Source: Elusimicrobiota bacterium (GTDB taxonomy: Bacteria; CG03; SLGR01; JAGXOG01). Taken from it: a stretch of 64,000 bases of DNA. The notes under the pieces were generated by a model, which was given only the letters and a program-made list of their open reading frames with translations, searched no databases and had not been told where the DNA came from. The position numbers and the translations under genes are program-made. How positions within the stretch are numbered: the first letter of the stretch is position 1; each line of letters begins with the position of its first letter. The DNA is taken from assembly GCA_051745145.1 (NCBI GenBank), contig JBNJDT010000006.1, positions 2,545 through 66,544 of the forward strand, in the 5' to 3' direction. Shown here in pieces: positions 1 through 10,228 of this stretch.

Positions 1-1888
1 TTTCTTTGCCTTCGAATCCTTCTTCTATAAACCGGGAGGGTATATGCCACCTGGTCTGTCCGTAAAGCATTCTCTGGGAGGCCGATGTCAGATACAGCTG
101 TTCCTCGGCCCTGGTTATACCCACATAACAGAGTCTTCTTTCCTCTTCCATTTGAGCGGGGTCTTCAAGCGCGTCATAATGGGGAAACAGTTCTTCTTCC
201 ATACCCGTTAAAAATACAACCGGAAATTCCAGGCCCTTGGCCAGATGTACTGTCATAAGGGTTATAAACTCACGGTCGTAGTCCCAGTTATCCATATTGG
301 TAACCAGGGATATCTCGTTTAAAATCTCGGGCAGGGTTTTTTCTTTATTTTCATCTTCGGCAAAAGCGGAAACCAGTTCTTCCACATTTTCCATGCGGCT
401 CCGGGCCTGAATATCTTTTCTGCTTTTTTCTTCAAGCATTTTATGATAACCCGATAGCTCTATTACATCCCTGGCCAGCTGATGGGGATGTTTTTCCCGG
501 GCCGAAACTTTTAATTTTTTAAATAAATTTCTCAGAGGTTTTAGTTTTTTTTCTATCTTACCCGATAATTTACTGCTTCCGTCCATTACCGTATCAAAAA
601 TTGATTTTGACTCCCCGGAAGCTGCTTCTTTAATACGCCCTAAAGTTACCTTGCCTATTCCCCGGCGGGGAGTATTTATAATCCGCTCCATGCTTACATC
701 GTCAGCCGGATTTACCAGCACTTTTATATAGGCTAAAATATCTTTAATCTCTTTGCGTTCGTAAAATTTCACTCCTCCTATGATCCTGTAATTCAACCGG
801 GCCGACCTCAGGGCGTCTTCAAAAGTCCTGGACTGGGCGTTTACCCGGTAGAATATGGCAAAATCGCTGGGAGAATATCCCTCCTCCCGGATTAACCTTC
901 TTATCTGTTCTACTATTCCCCTGCTTTCTTCCCGGGCGGTGAAAAACTCCCGGTAACGCACACTTTTTCCGGCCTCTTTTTGGGTCCACAGTTTTTTGTT
1001 TTTCCGGGACTCGTTGTGTTTTATTACATTATGGGCCACATCTAAAATCTCCTGGGTGGACCGGTAATTTTCTTCCAGTTTAAGAACCCGGGCATTTTTA
1101 AAATGTTTTTCAAATTTAAGGATATTTTCTATATTGGCCCCCCGGAAACTGTATATGCTCTGATCGTCGTCCCCCACCACGCATATATTATTCTGAGGGG
1201 GAGAAAGTAATTTTATCAATGTATACTGGGCATAATTTGTATCCTGATATTCATCGACCATAATATATTTAAACTTCTGCCTGTATTTGTCCAGTATACG
1301 GGGATCATCCTTTAATAACCTGATAACTTCCACCAGAAGGTCTGCAAAATCATAACCGCCGTTGGACTTTAATATTTTCTGATACATCTCGTAAATACGG
1401 CTTATTTTATACCTTGCTCCGTCCCCCGCCGCAGAGGCATTTATGGTGTAACTTTCCGGATCAACAAGATTGTTTTTTGCATTTGAAATCAAACTTTTAA
1501 GCTGAGCGGGAGGAAACTTTTTGCGGTCTATATTCAACCTTTCCAGGGCCTCTTTTATAACTACTTTCTGGTCTTTTTCATCGTATATGGTGAAATCTTT
1601 CTTTCCGTCCCTGCGAAGAATCTTGGTAGCCAGAGAATGAAAGGTTGATAACCAGACGCTCATACCTTTGGCTCCCACCAGTTTTTTTACTCTGTCCTGC
1701 ATCTCTTCGGCGGCCTTATTAGTAAATGTCACCGCTAATATTTTATAGGGGGGAACCCCTTTTTCCAGCAGCCGGGCAATCCGGTGTATTATAACCAGGG
1801 TCTTTCCGCTTCCCGCTCCGGCAAAAATTAAAAGCGGACCTTCGGTAATATTTACTGCTTCTTTCTGTTTTTCATTTAATTTATCCAT
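1..1888 (-). CDS. pcrA: ATP-dependent DNA helicase PcrA/UvrD (3' end runs off the window)
   Basis: Translated by hand from ATG at 1888: MDKLNEKQKEAV...LLIFAGAGSGKT (Walker A), VTFTNKAA, MVDEYQDTN, VVGDDDQSIYSFRGA, LEENYRST; not in the ORF track because it is truncated. Confidence 0.95.
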   Translation of the reverse strand, partial: MDKLNEKQKEAVNITEGPLLIFAGAGSGKTLVIIHRIARLLEKGVPPYKILAVTFTNKAAEEMQDRVKKLVGAKGMSVWLSTFHSLATKILRRDGKKDFTIYDEKDQKVVIKEALERLNIDRKKFPPAQLKSLISNAKNNLVDPESYTINASAAGDGARYKISRIYEMYQKILKSNGGYDFADLLVEVIRLLKDDPRILDKYRQKFKYIMVDEYQDTNYAQYTLIKLLSPPQNNICVVGDDDQSIYSFRGANIENILKFEKHFKNARVLKLEENYRSTQEILDVAHNVIKHNESRKNKKLWTQKEAGKSVRYREFFTAREESRGIVEQIRRLIREEGYSPSDFAIFYRVNAQSRTFEDALRSARLNYRIIGGVKFYERKEIKDILAYIKVLVNPADDVSMERIINTPRRGIGKVTLGRIKEAASGESKSIFDTVMDGSSKLSGKIEKKLKPLRNLFKKLKVSAREKHPHQLARDVIELSGYHKMLEEKSRKDIQARSRMENVEELVSAFAEDENKEKTLPEILNEISLVTNMDNWDYDREFITLMTVHLAKGLEFPVVFLTGMEEELFPHYDALEDPAQMEEERRLCYVGITRAEEQLYLTSASQRMLYGQTRWHIPSRFIEEGFEGKE

Positions 1889-1918
1889 AATTTTCCTTTA
1901 CTGTTTTGTACTTACTTA

Positions 1919-3073
1919 TTATAAGTTAAATTCCGCCACTACTTCAAGATGAGGAGTGTGCACAAACTGATCTATTCCGGTGATCCCGGTTACCTCCCAG
2001 CCTAAATTTTCAGTGATGTGAGTAAAATCCTTCTCTAAATTTTTTAAACTGCAACATATATATATCACTTTTTTCGGACCCCCGGTCTCTTTTTTCAGCC
2101 GGTTTATATGATTAAACACCCGGTAGCTTACTCCTCCCCGGGGGGGATCAAGTACCACTGTATCATAAAATTCAGACGATGCATCCAGAAACTGCCTGAC
2201 TTTACTGTGTATAAATTTTAAATTTCCCTCCGGCTGAATGCGGACTCTATTATACTTGGCATCCTCTATGCAGGAGGGAAAACTTTCCACCCCGGTTATA
2301 TTCAATCCCGGACCGGAAATATAAAACGGTATACTTCCCAGCCCGGTATAAAGATCCAGGATATTTTGTCCTTCCCCTACAGACTCTCTAACCGGGCGGT
2401 AGAGATTTTCTATCTGATAGGAATTGGGCTGAAAAAAAGAATACGGGGATAATCTTATAGAAAATTTTTCTGCAGGTGATATTTTCATATTGAGATATTT
2501 TTTACCGGTCAATATCTCATAATCCTCTGATAATGCCGTATCCCCCGGGCTGTGGCGGTAGGATATCCCAATTACTGCCGGGGATCTGAAAAATTCCGCC
2601 GCCATTTCCTTAAAATCACTTTTACACTCCTGAAATTTTTGGACATTTTTAGCTTCCCCGTCAACTACCAGCATAACTGATTTTTCCCCGGTAAATTTAC
2701 TCTCCCGGACTATGAGATACCTTAACAAGCCCCGGTGGGCATCCCGGCTGTAATAGGATAACCGGTTTTGGGCGGCAAATTTTCGGATCTCTTCTAAAAA
2801 TCCTCCTATCCATTTTGAAAATACGGGACATTCTTTTAAATCTACGACTTCGTTGTATTTCCCTTTAGGATGAAGTCCTAAATTACCGCTTTCAAATGAA
2901 TACTCCATCTTATTTCTGAAACCGTAAATTTCAGGAGAGGGTATCATCCGGGATGCTGAAGAACCGGTTATTTTTTCTAATTTTTTGGTTTTACGCTCTA
3001 ACTGACGTTTGTAATTTACATCCTGAAAACTGCACCCCCCGCAATCTTTAAAATGTCTGCATTTGGCTTTCAT
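1919..3073 (-). CDS. RNA (uracil-C5)-methyltransferase, RlmD/RumA/TrmA family, without TRAM domain
   Basis: N-terminal CRHFKDCGGC Fe-S motif, FFQPN, DLYTGLG SAM motif, LDPPR, YICC catalytic Cys, DQFVHTPHLE. Confidence 0.88.
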   Translation of the reverse strand: MKAKCRHFKDCGGCSFQDVNYKRQLERKTKKLEKITGSSASRMIPSPEIYGFRNKMEYSFESGNLGLHPKGKYNEVVDLKECPVFSKWIGGFLEEIRKFAAQNRLSYYSRDAHRGLLRYLIVRESKFTGEKSVMLVVDGEAKNVQKFQECKSDFKEMAAEFFRSPAVIGISYRHSPGDTALSEDYEILTGKKYLNMKISPAEKFSIRLSPYSFFQPNSYQIENLYRPVRESVGEGQNILDLYTGLGSIPFYISGPGLNITGVESFPSCIEDAKYNRVRIQPEGNLKFIHSKVRQFLDASSEFYDTVVLDPPRGGVSYRVFNHINRLKKETGGPKKVIYICCSLKNLEKDFTHITENLGWEVTGITGIDQFVHTPHLEVVAEFNL

Positions 3074-3921
3074 AAAATAACTACTCTCGCCCCCTCTTTA
3101 ACGCCCGTACTTCGGGCCACTACCGGACATTTGGCCCGCAGCAGATATATTATATTTTTCAAACGGGTCCCGGTAAGTATTTCATAGTTAGCCTGGCCCT
3201 TGGATATTATGTAATCTGACTGCTCAAGTAGTTTCTTAAAATTTTCAGGGAGATTTTTATAATCAAGGCCCACCGTATTGGGAGCCTCCACAATTTCAAA
3301 TGTTTCATCCAGCCCGAAAAACCGCATATCTTCCATAGTTACATCATTTATAATAGGCCGGTCATTGACAAATACAACTATTTCAAGGTCCGGGTTTAAC
3401 TTTTTTAACTGTTTTAAGAAAAGACCGTCGAAACCAATCTCTCCGGCATTATCTGCCAGAAAACTTATCTTATCCGCCCCTAAGATTCTGCTCTTCAATT
3501 TTTTTAATTTTGCGCTGTCAAGTTCTTTGTTTAATTCCCTCTCTATTAATTCCTCTACGTTAAAATCTTCCAGTATGCCGTAATCTATTATATTTCCGCA
3601 CAATGCAAGATTTAAGGACACTTTAAACGGATCTTCGGCGTTCTGTATTAATTTTTCAAGTCTGGGTATTAAATTTTTGACTTTTCTGTTAGAATCATCT
3701 TTAAGTTTTTTAAAGGCATCTTTTTGACCGGTCTGGCGAATTATGGTTTTAAAAACCCCGGTCGCTGTTTCCGGGGGCGTTTTTTCCGGATCGATATCAG
3801 CTATTTTTTCAGCAGCTTTTTTTACCGCTTTAAGCTGAATTTCGAAATTATCCGTAGATAATTTTGCGGCTTTTACCGCCTGCCTCATAAAACAGGTGAC
3901 ACAATCTATCTCCATTTTCAT
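3070..3921 (-). CDS. DUF89/ARMT1-like damage-control phosphatase
   Basis: CxxC at N-terminus, GNIIDYG, DNAGEIGFD, SKGQANYE, LLRAKC motifs. Confidence 0.88.
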   Translation of the reverse strand: MKMEIDCVTCFMRQAVKAAKLSTDNFEIQLKAVKKAAEKIADIDPEKTPPETATGVFKTIIRQTGQKDAFKKLKDDSNRKVKNLIPRLEKLIQNAEDPFKVSLNLALCGNIIDYGILEDFNVEELIERELNKELDSAKLKKLKSRILGADKISFLADNAGEIGFDGLFLKQLKKLNPDLEIVVFVNDRPIINDVTMEDMRFFGLDETFEIVEAPNTVGLDYKNLPENFKKLLEQSDYIISKGQANYEILTGTRLKNIIYLLRAKCPVVARSTGVKEGARVVIL

Positions 3922-3943
3922 TTTCTTCTCCTTTCCCTATATT

Positions 3944-5647
3944 TTACTGAACCATTTTGTCAATCATAAGTCTTGCTTTATTATTATCCGGATCCAGTTT
4001 TAGAACCTTTTCAAACTTTCTGGCCGCTTCCTTTAACCTTCCCCGGTGGTAGTATATATACCCCAGATTAAAATGGGCGTCTACAAGGTCGGGGTTCTGC
4101 TCCAGCGCCTTTTTATAATACTTTATTGCTCTATTTTGCTGACCTACAGTATAGTATATATTTCCCATGTTATTATACGCCCCGGTCAATGTACCGTCAA
4201 GCTCAACAGCTTTCTTGAAATTTTTTATTGCTCTCTTAAACTTTTTTTCCTTAGCCAGAATCCAGCCCAATTTATAATACGCTAAAGGATTTTCAGAATC
4301 TCTTTTAATTATTTCCCTCAATTCCTGTCTGCTGTATTCCCTGGCGGTATCAAAAAAACTTACTTTATTATCCTGCCTGCGCTTTAAAATAAGGGGCCGG
4401 ATAACTTTCTGGCTCCAGAAAACTAAAAGACCCAATATCACCAATGTAGTTACTGCTTTAATCCTATTTAGAGAAAAAGAAAATTCAGAAGCTTCTCGTT
4501 CCCAGCCTGAAACTATTCCCATCAATGTAAATACCCATATGCTGGATACGGCAAAACGCATATTGACAGAGACAGTGCTGTGAATTAATATCGCCGTCAC
4601 CCCGCAAAGCAAACTCTTGGATATATAGTCCCCCGGCTCCGTAGACTTTAAAACTGCTATATAAAAAATAACTAAAAACCATAAATACAGGCCCAGCCCA
4701 ACAATACCCGTCTCCGCGAAAATTTCAAGAAACTCATTGTGAACATAATTTACTATGAAACTGCCGGGCGGGTAAACCTTTCTTAACTCCCCGGAGGCGT
4801 ACTCCGGAAACTCAAGATGAAACTCGCCTATGCCCACTCCCGTAAACGGGTTTTCCAAACCCATCTTTACCGTATCCCGCCATATCAGCAGCCTATGGGT
4901 ATCTCTCATCCACTGGTTGCGGGAGACAAACGCAAAAATTATTATACCCAGAATAATTAAAACCGACGGCCATTTTGAAACCCTGTTTTTTCCCCATACG
5001 ATATACCATAGCAGCAGGGCTCCCATTATTCCCAGCCAGGCCCCCCGGGTGCCCGTAAAATACAGGGCAGTCACCATCGCAACGAGGGAGGCAAGCAGCC
5101 AGATTTTTTTCTTATTTTTTAAAAACAGCACCCCGGACAGGGGAATACACCCGATGAGAAAGGATCCGAAAAAATTGGGATTGCCGAAAGTAGCATGCAC
5201 CCGTCCCATTTTGGGAACTTTAAGATAACCCACCCCTCCGTATCTTTGAAGTACGCCGTAAAGCCCTATTAATCCCCCCATTATTACCAAAATTTCCAGT
5301 ATTTTTTTATCCCGGGGAAATGTTTTGTAGGCAGTAATAAAGGCCAGTAAGCTAAAAAGAATACGCTGCCACTCGCCGTAAGCCGATGGCCTATTATCGG
5401 AAACCAGATAAAAAACGGTATACAGCAAAAAAAGTGAGATGACCGGCCAGAGTAAAGTATCGGAATATATTTTTTTCAGCCGGTTAAACCGGAAAAATAT
5501 CCATCCCCCAAAGATCAACATTATGGATAAATACATTCCTGTTAACTTATAGCGGGCCAGTTTTACATCAGCTAAAAATATAAGGGAAAAAAAGAAAATA
5601 AGCCAGGATAATTTAAAGAATATCTCCCCGGTGCTATTTTTTTTCAT
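3944..5647 (-). CDS. O-antigen ligase/Wzy_C-family membrane protein with C-terminal TPR repeats
   Basis: About 12 hydrophobic segments; ATFGNPNFFG, TGTRGAW, NPFTGVGIG, YVHNEFLEIFAETG motifs; 3 TPRs (AYYKLG..., AYNNMG..., AHFNLG...). Confidence 0.85.
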   Translation of the reverse strand: MKKNSTGEIFFKLSWLIFFFSLIFLADVKLARYKLTGMYLSIMLIFGGWIFFRFNRLKKIYSDTLLWPVISLFLLYTVFYLVSDNRPSAYGEWQRILFSLLAFITAYKTFPRDKKILEILVIMGGLIGLYGVLQRYGGVGYLKVPKMGRVHATFGNPNFFGSFLIGCIPLSGVLFLKNKKKIWLLASLVAMVTALYFTGTRGAWLGIMGALLLWYIVWGKNRVSKWPSVLIILGIIIFAFVSRNQWMRDTHRLLIWRDTVKMGLENPFTGVGIGEFHLEFPEYASGELRKVYPPGSFIVNYVHNEFLEIFAETGIVGLGLYLWFLVIFYIAVLKSTEPGDYISKSLLCGVTAILIHSTVSVNMRFAVSSIWVFTLMGIVSGWEREASEFSFSLNRIKAVTTLVILGLLVFWSQKVIRPLILKRRQDNKVSFFDTAREYSRQELREIIKRDSENPLAYYKLGWILAKEKKFKRAIKNFKKAVELDGTLTGAYNNMGNIYYTVGQQNRAIKYYKKALEQNPDLVDAHFNLGYIYYHRGRLKEAARKFEKVLKLDPDNNKARLMIDKMVQ

Positions 5648-5685
5648 ATTTATAAATCAGCCGGAGGTACTTGACACAATCATAA

Positions 5686-7224
5686 TTAATTTGATTTATA
5701 AGTTATGTAAAGGGGCTGTCCACGTCTTATTATATCCAGCACTATACCTTCTGATAAGTCAACTTTGTCAGTTGCTTTTTCAAAATCCTCCACTGTCTCT
5801 ATACTCTCTTTATTTATCCCTCTTATAACGTCTCCCACCCGCAGACCTATTTCATAACCTTCTTTAGAAGGATCTATCTCACTGACCACTACCCCTTTAT
5901 CTGCTTCAATATCAAACTGCTCTTTTACCATGGATGTAATATTACTGACTTCAAGTCCTTTCCAGTCAGCTGTAATTTCTTCTTTGACAGCCGGTTTGTT
6001 ACCCCGGTCGGTAGGCATTTTTTCGGGCATTTCCTCAAGCTCAACTTCAATAACTTTTTCTTCGCCGTCTCTTATTACAGTTAATTGAACTTCCTGGCCC
6101 GGGTCGGCGGAACTTACAAATTTCTGCAGGGACCTTACATCCGAAGCCGGTTTATCGTTAAACTTCACAATTATATCTCCCCGCTGGAGGCCGCCCTTGT
6201 CGGCAGCTGAGTCTTCAAACACATTATTTATTAAGACCCCTTCCCTGACCTCCAGGTCAAAATGCTCTTCCACCACTTCGTCCACTTCTCTGATCTCTAC
6301 CCCCAACCAGCCCCGGACCACTTTTCCTTCCTCTATTAAATCATCTAATATTTCTTTAGCCCGGTTTATGGGAGAGGCAAACCCCACTCCCGAAAATACT
6401 CCCGTGGGAGCAAATATAGCCGTATTTATTCCTATTGCTTTTCCGTCTAAATTAACCAGGGGACCTCCGGAATTTCCCCTGTTTATGGCGGCATCGGTCT
6501 GAAACATATCCCGGTAAGTAGAATTTTGTATTTCTATATCCTGCCTTAGGGCACTTATTATTCCCGCGGTATAGGTCTGCTGAAGTCCGAAAGGACTGCC
6601 GGCCGCTATTACCCAGTCTCCAATATTCATATCCTCCGAATCACCCATTTCCAGGACGTCAAATTTTCTTGAAGATTTAATCTTTACTACCGCCAGGTCC
6701 GTCCGGGAATCAGCCCCCACCACTTTTGCGTCATACCGTTCATCGTCATAGGTGGTTACTTTTATCTCTTCAGCCTCTCTCACCACGTGGGCATTAGTAA
6801 GAACATACCCGTCGGAAGTAACTATAAAACCGGAGCCTGTGCCCTCCTGCCGGTATTCCCGTTTTCGGGGGGAAGATTCTTCTTCTCTTTGGCGGGGCAT
6901 ACCGAAAAATCTCTCATAAAAATCTTCAAATGGATCCCCGAACCGGAACTGTTCAAACGGGGACCTGACTTCTATGACATGCACTGCGGAAACATTTACC
7001 ACCGCGGGTTTAATCTTTTCTACGGTATCGGCAAAAGATTGCTTGGGAATATAACTCCGGCTCTGTTTTTGAGTTTCCGAACTTTTGACCGGTTCAGGTA
7101 CCTTACTGACCGTATTATTTACGGTCTCTTTTTTTTCCCACGGCGTATAAAAATCACCGTGATATCCTAAGAACATCCCACCGATTAAAATTATCAGTAA
7201 AATTAAAAAACTTTTTTTATCCAT
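5686..7224 (-). CDS. HtrA/DegP-DegQ serine endoprotease with two PDZ domains
   Basis: LTNAHVV, TDLAVVK, QTDAAINRGNSGGPL catalytic triad; two PDZ-like repeats; N-terminal signal/anchor. Confidence 0.95.
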   Translation of the reverse strand: MDKKSFLILLIILIGGMFLGYHGDFYTPWEKKETVNNTVSKVPEPVKSSETQKQSRSYIPKQSFADTVEKIKPAVVNVSAVHVIEVRSPFEQFRFGDPFEDFYERFFGMPRQREEESSPRKREYRQEGTGSGFIVTSDGYVLTNAHVVREAEEIKVTTYDDERYDAKVVGADSRTDLAVVKIKSSRKFDVLEMGDSEDMNIGDWVIAAGSPFGLQQTYTAGIISALRQDIEIQNSTYRDMFQTDAAINRGNSGGPLVNLDGKAIGINTAIFAPTGVFSGVGFASPINRAKEILDDLIEEGKVVRGWLGVEIREVDEVVEEHFDLEVREGVLINNVFEDSAADKGGLQRGDIIVKFNDKPASDVRSLQKFVSSADPGQEVQLTVIRDGEEKVIEVELEEMPEKMPTDRGNKPAVKEEITADWKGLEVSNITSMVKEQFDIEADKGVVVSEIDPSKEGYEIGLRVGDVIRGINKESIETVEDFEKATDKVDLSEGIVLDIIRRGQPLYITYKSN

Positions 7225-7245
7225 TATTAACCTCCATTTTTATCA

Positions 7246-9888
7246 TTATTTGCGTAATTTCAAAGCCGGAATTTCAATAGCTCCGCCCCAGCGATTACCG
7301 CCTAATACCCTTCCTTGCGAAGCACCGGACGGTAAAATGACATCCAAAATATTTGTATCCGATTCCTCTCTTCGACCGGTAATTGTAACGGTAGATTTTG
7401 TATCATCATATTCTATATTCTGAACTTCTCCTTTTTCATCGTCAAAAGCCAGAACTACCGGTATGACATTAAAATTTTCCAGGGAAGCGGAAATAATTTC
7501 ATCGGGTATGAAAATATTAATTTTATTCTCAAACGGACTTACACTTACCTCAGGCTCGCCAATCTTTTCAAAAGAAGTATTGTAAATCGCCTTGTGCCAT
7601 CCGCTTACAGAAATACAGTATTCCCAGGCGTCTTCGGAAGTAGTATAGGCCTTACGGTTGGGTAGCAGTTCGGTGCTGCCCGAACCGGAAATATCATTTA
7701 TATCTATATATAAATCCACTGCCGGATAACTAAATCCGTACGGCGCTTCCCGGGAATTATCCAACTGTCCCATCTCTATTCTAACAACTTTCTGTTTTTT
7801 CCTTCGTTCCAACTGTATCCCTCTAAAATCAAAATTACTCTTTTTTTCTTCTAACTTTTCCGGGTATTCATAATTACCCGGTCCGTAATTATCATCGGAC
7901 GGATCCACATAAGATGCTAAAACATTAGTATCTCCGAATTCCGGTGCGGTCATTACATGATAGTTTTCTTCCGGAAAAATTTCCTTATTCCTATAAAATT
8001 TAAAATATATCCTTTCATTGGCATTTACACCCATATACTTAAAAGGAACGGTAAACTCAACATAATTATCTTTAAATTCCACGTCATAATGTCCGGTTAA
8101 ATGTTCCCAGGACTTATTACCCGATGCCCTGTAAATATTAATTTTAGAAGGATTGTCCAGTCGCCACCTGGCTTCTATATATATCGGAAAATCCTGTATA
8201 TTATCTACAGTTATTTTATCCTCAAAACGGGGCATTAAAGCCGGAGATCCCGCACTTGTAAATCCCATAAGCACCCCGGTCTTATTCACTGACCGGGTAG
8301 AAATTTCCATCATAAAATAGAGATTATCTTTATCCATACCGGTATATATTTGTTCTATTCCTTTAACCGGTTTCTCCAATTTTAAGGCTCCATCCCATTC
8401 ATCTTCACTTACTACGCCGTCGCTTTTAACATTTACCATTTTAGTCATTTTTTTATCGGGGATAGCTGGCTCTTTTTCTATAATCGGTAAAAAATATTTT
8501 CCGGGCGGGGAATTTTCCGTAAGACGGTAAATATCCAGCAAGTTATTCCGGAAAAACCTGTCTTCTCTTATTTTTTCAAGATTATCCTGAAGTAATCCGG
8601 ATTCGACTTTTAATAATTTCTCCTGGGCTTTTTTAAGATTATCCAGCCTGCCCCGGCCGGAATTTTTATATTCTTCTATAACAGGATAAATTTCCTCTAA
8701 TATACTTTTAATTTTCCCCAGTCTGCCCTCCAGGTTCACCCCCACTAATGTAAAAGAAGCCGTACTTAAATCAACTGACTTCTCATTATAAGAGCTTATA
8801 TTTTCTTTAAATTCTTCGAAATTTATATAATTTAACAGATTGGCATTCAAAAAAGATTCTAACTGAGTAAGTTCACAAATAATAGATATCGGCGACATCT
8901 CCCGGGGCAGCCTTCCGGCCATATCAATAACTGCAGTCGCCTTATGATTATTGTAAAAGTAACTGTCAGTGAAAATTATTTGAGGGGTAGTATTTATATA
9001 TTCGGTAGTAGTTGTGGAAAGAACGGTTACCCACTTAAGCGAAGTGCGTTCCAGAAGATCAATACTTTCTCTGCCCGAATAGCCCTTGCGGGGTATAAAG
9101 CCTGAAGGAAAATTCCCCCTCCATTTTTTGTAACTTATTAAACTCTCCATAATCTGGGCCCGGATTCTTTTTTCATTAAGAATTTCAAGATAGGCGTCAC
9201 TCAAAGAAGTTGTGGCTTCCCCGATATTATCCCTGTCTAATAAATCCACTAATGTCTGTTCGAAATTTAGTAGTTTTTCCTCCATAAATTCCAAAACTGC
9301 ATTTTTATCGGAAACCGTATAAGAACTTTTTTCAACAATTTCATTTATCGGCTCCGTTTTCAGTAAAAAATCTCCGAAATAGCTCAGCGCTTCTTCTACC
9401 TGGTAATTAATTATAGTATTTGTATCAGGCTCCATATCGTATTTACCGGTTAAATTATTAATCTGTGATTCATCCAGCCGGTCCGGCGCGTCAGTTATCA
9501 AAGAGGGTAATTTTAACTGTTTCTTTTCTAATTTCTTTAATTGCTCTATTACCGGATAAGATATATTTAAAGTCGCATAAAAATTATTCTTTTTATTCTG
9601 TAAAAGATTTACCGGTTTTTGCCAGGGCCCAAGAATCTTCCTGTAAAACTCATCGGGTTTTCCCGTATCTTTATATTGCAGGCTTACTGTAAGAAAAACA
9701 TCTTTCCCGGTTATTTCTTCTTTTACCTCTTCGCTTTTTTCTCTAAACATTATTTCCTCGGGGGGAATAACTGTTATATTCGGTCCTGCACAGCCAAACA
9801 GAATAAAGATGAAAAATAAAACCGGGGCTTTTCTAATTAGTCTCATCATCAATCTTTTGAAGTTCAATATTAAATTCCTTTTCTTCAC
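7246..9888 (-). CDS. Lipoprotein resembling a GH57 amylopullulanase, with DOMON-like/glucodextranase C-terminal domains; catalytic motifs degenerate
   Basis: Lipobox LFGC; C-terminal DPSDDNYGPGNYEYP, FSYPAVDLYID, AWEYCISVSGW typical of amylopullulanase/glucodextranase C-domains; true start probably at a later Met (MMRLIRK). Confidence 0.6.
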   Translation of the reverse strand: MKKRNLILNFKRLMMRLIRKAPVLFFIFILFGCAGPNITVIPPEEIMFREKSEEVKEEITGKDVFLTVSLQYKDTGKPDEFYRKILGPWQKPVNLLQNKKNNFYATLNISYPVIEQLKKLEKKQLKLPSLITDAPDRLDESQINNLTGKYDMEPDTNTIINYQVEEALSYFGDFLLKTEPINEIVEKSSYTVSDKNAVLEFMEEKLLNFEQTLVDLLDRDNIGEATTSLSDAYLEILNEKRIRAQIMESLISYKKWRGNFPSGFIPRKGYSGRESIDLLERTSLKWVTVLSTTTTEYINTTPQIIFTDSYFYNNHKATAVIDMAGRLPREMSPISIICELTQLESFLNANLLNYINFEEFKENISSYNEKSVDLSTASFTLVGVNLEGRLGKIKSILEEIYPVIEEYKNSGRGRLDNLKKAQEKLLKVESGLLQDNLEKIREDRFFRNNLLDIYRLTENSPPGKYFLPIIEKEPAIPDKKMTKMVNVKSDGVVSEDEWDGALKLEKPVKGIEQIYTGMDKDNLYFMMEISTRSVNKTGVLMGFTSAGSPALMPRFEDKITVDNIQDFPIYIEARWRLDNPSKINIYRASGNKSWEHLTGHYDVEFKDNYVEFTVPFKYMGVNANERIYFKFYRNKEIFPEENYHVMTAPEFGDTNVLASYVDPSDDNYGPGNYEYPEKLEEKKSNFDFRGIQLERRKKQKVVRIEMGQLDNSREAPYGFSYPAVDLYIDINDISGSGSTELLPNRKAYTTSEDAWEYCISVSGWHKAIYNTSFEKIGEPEVSVSPFENKINIFIPDEIISASLENFNVIPVVLAFDDEKGEVQNIEYDDTKSTVTITGRREESDTNILDVILPSGASQGRVLGGNRWGGAIEIPALKLRK

Positions 9889-10228
9889 CGGCCCTTAAAT
9901 CTATATTCCGTTCTTCTTTTTTATATCCAGGTTTTACAAGGGTAAGCAAAAATTTGCCGTTGGACTTTGCCGAAACCACACTGAACTCAACCGGGGTTCT
10001 TCCTTTTAAATATCCGTCTATAAAAACTTTTGCCCGGGAAGGATGGGAACTGACTTTAGCTTGAGCCGGCTCAGGTTTTTTAGGATCTTCCCGATCGGAA
10101 AATTCATCCTCTTTCGGCTCAATTCTTCCATAGTCTGAACCGGTAATATAACTGTACAAGTTTATAACCGTTACCCCCAGGCCTGCTGTATTTAATATAA
10201 GTATTACTATAAGTACTATTTTTTTCAT
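9833..10228 (-). CDS. Membrane-anchored PEGA-domain protein
   Basis: N-terminal TM; VSSHPSRAKVFIDGYLKGRTP...KPGY PEGA signature. Confidence 0.85.
   Translation of the reverse strand: MKKIVLIVILILNTAGLGVTVINLYSYITGSDYGRIEPKEDEFSDREDPKKPEPAQAKVSSHPSRAKVFIDGYLKGRTPVEFSVVSAKSNGKFLLTLVKPGYKKEERNIDLRAGEEKEFNIELQKIDDETN

Noticed and set aside
5660-5705. Plus-strand GGAGGT and TTGACA as an antisense promoter or gene into degP
   Set aside because: No properly spaced -10 box and no credible ORF follows
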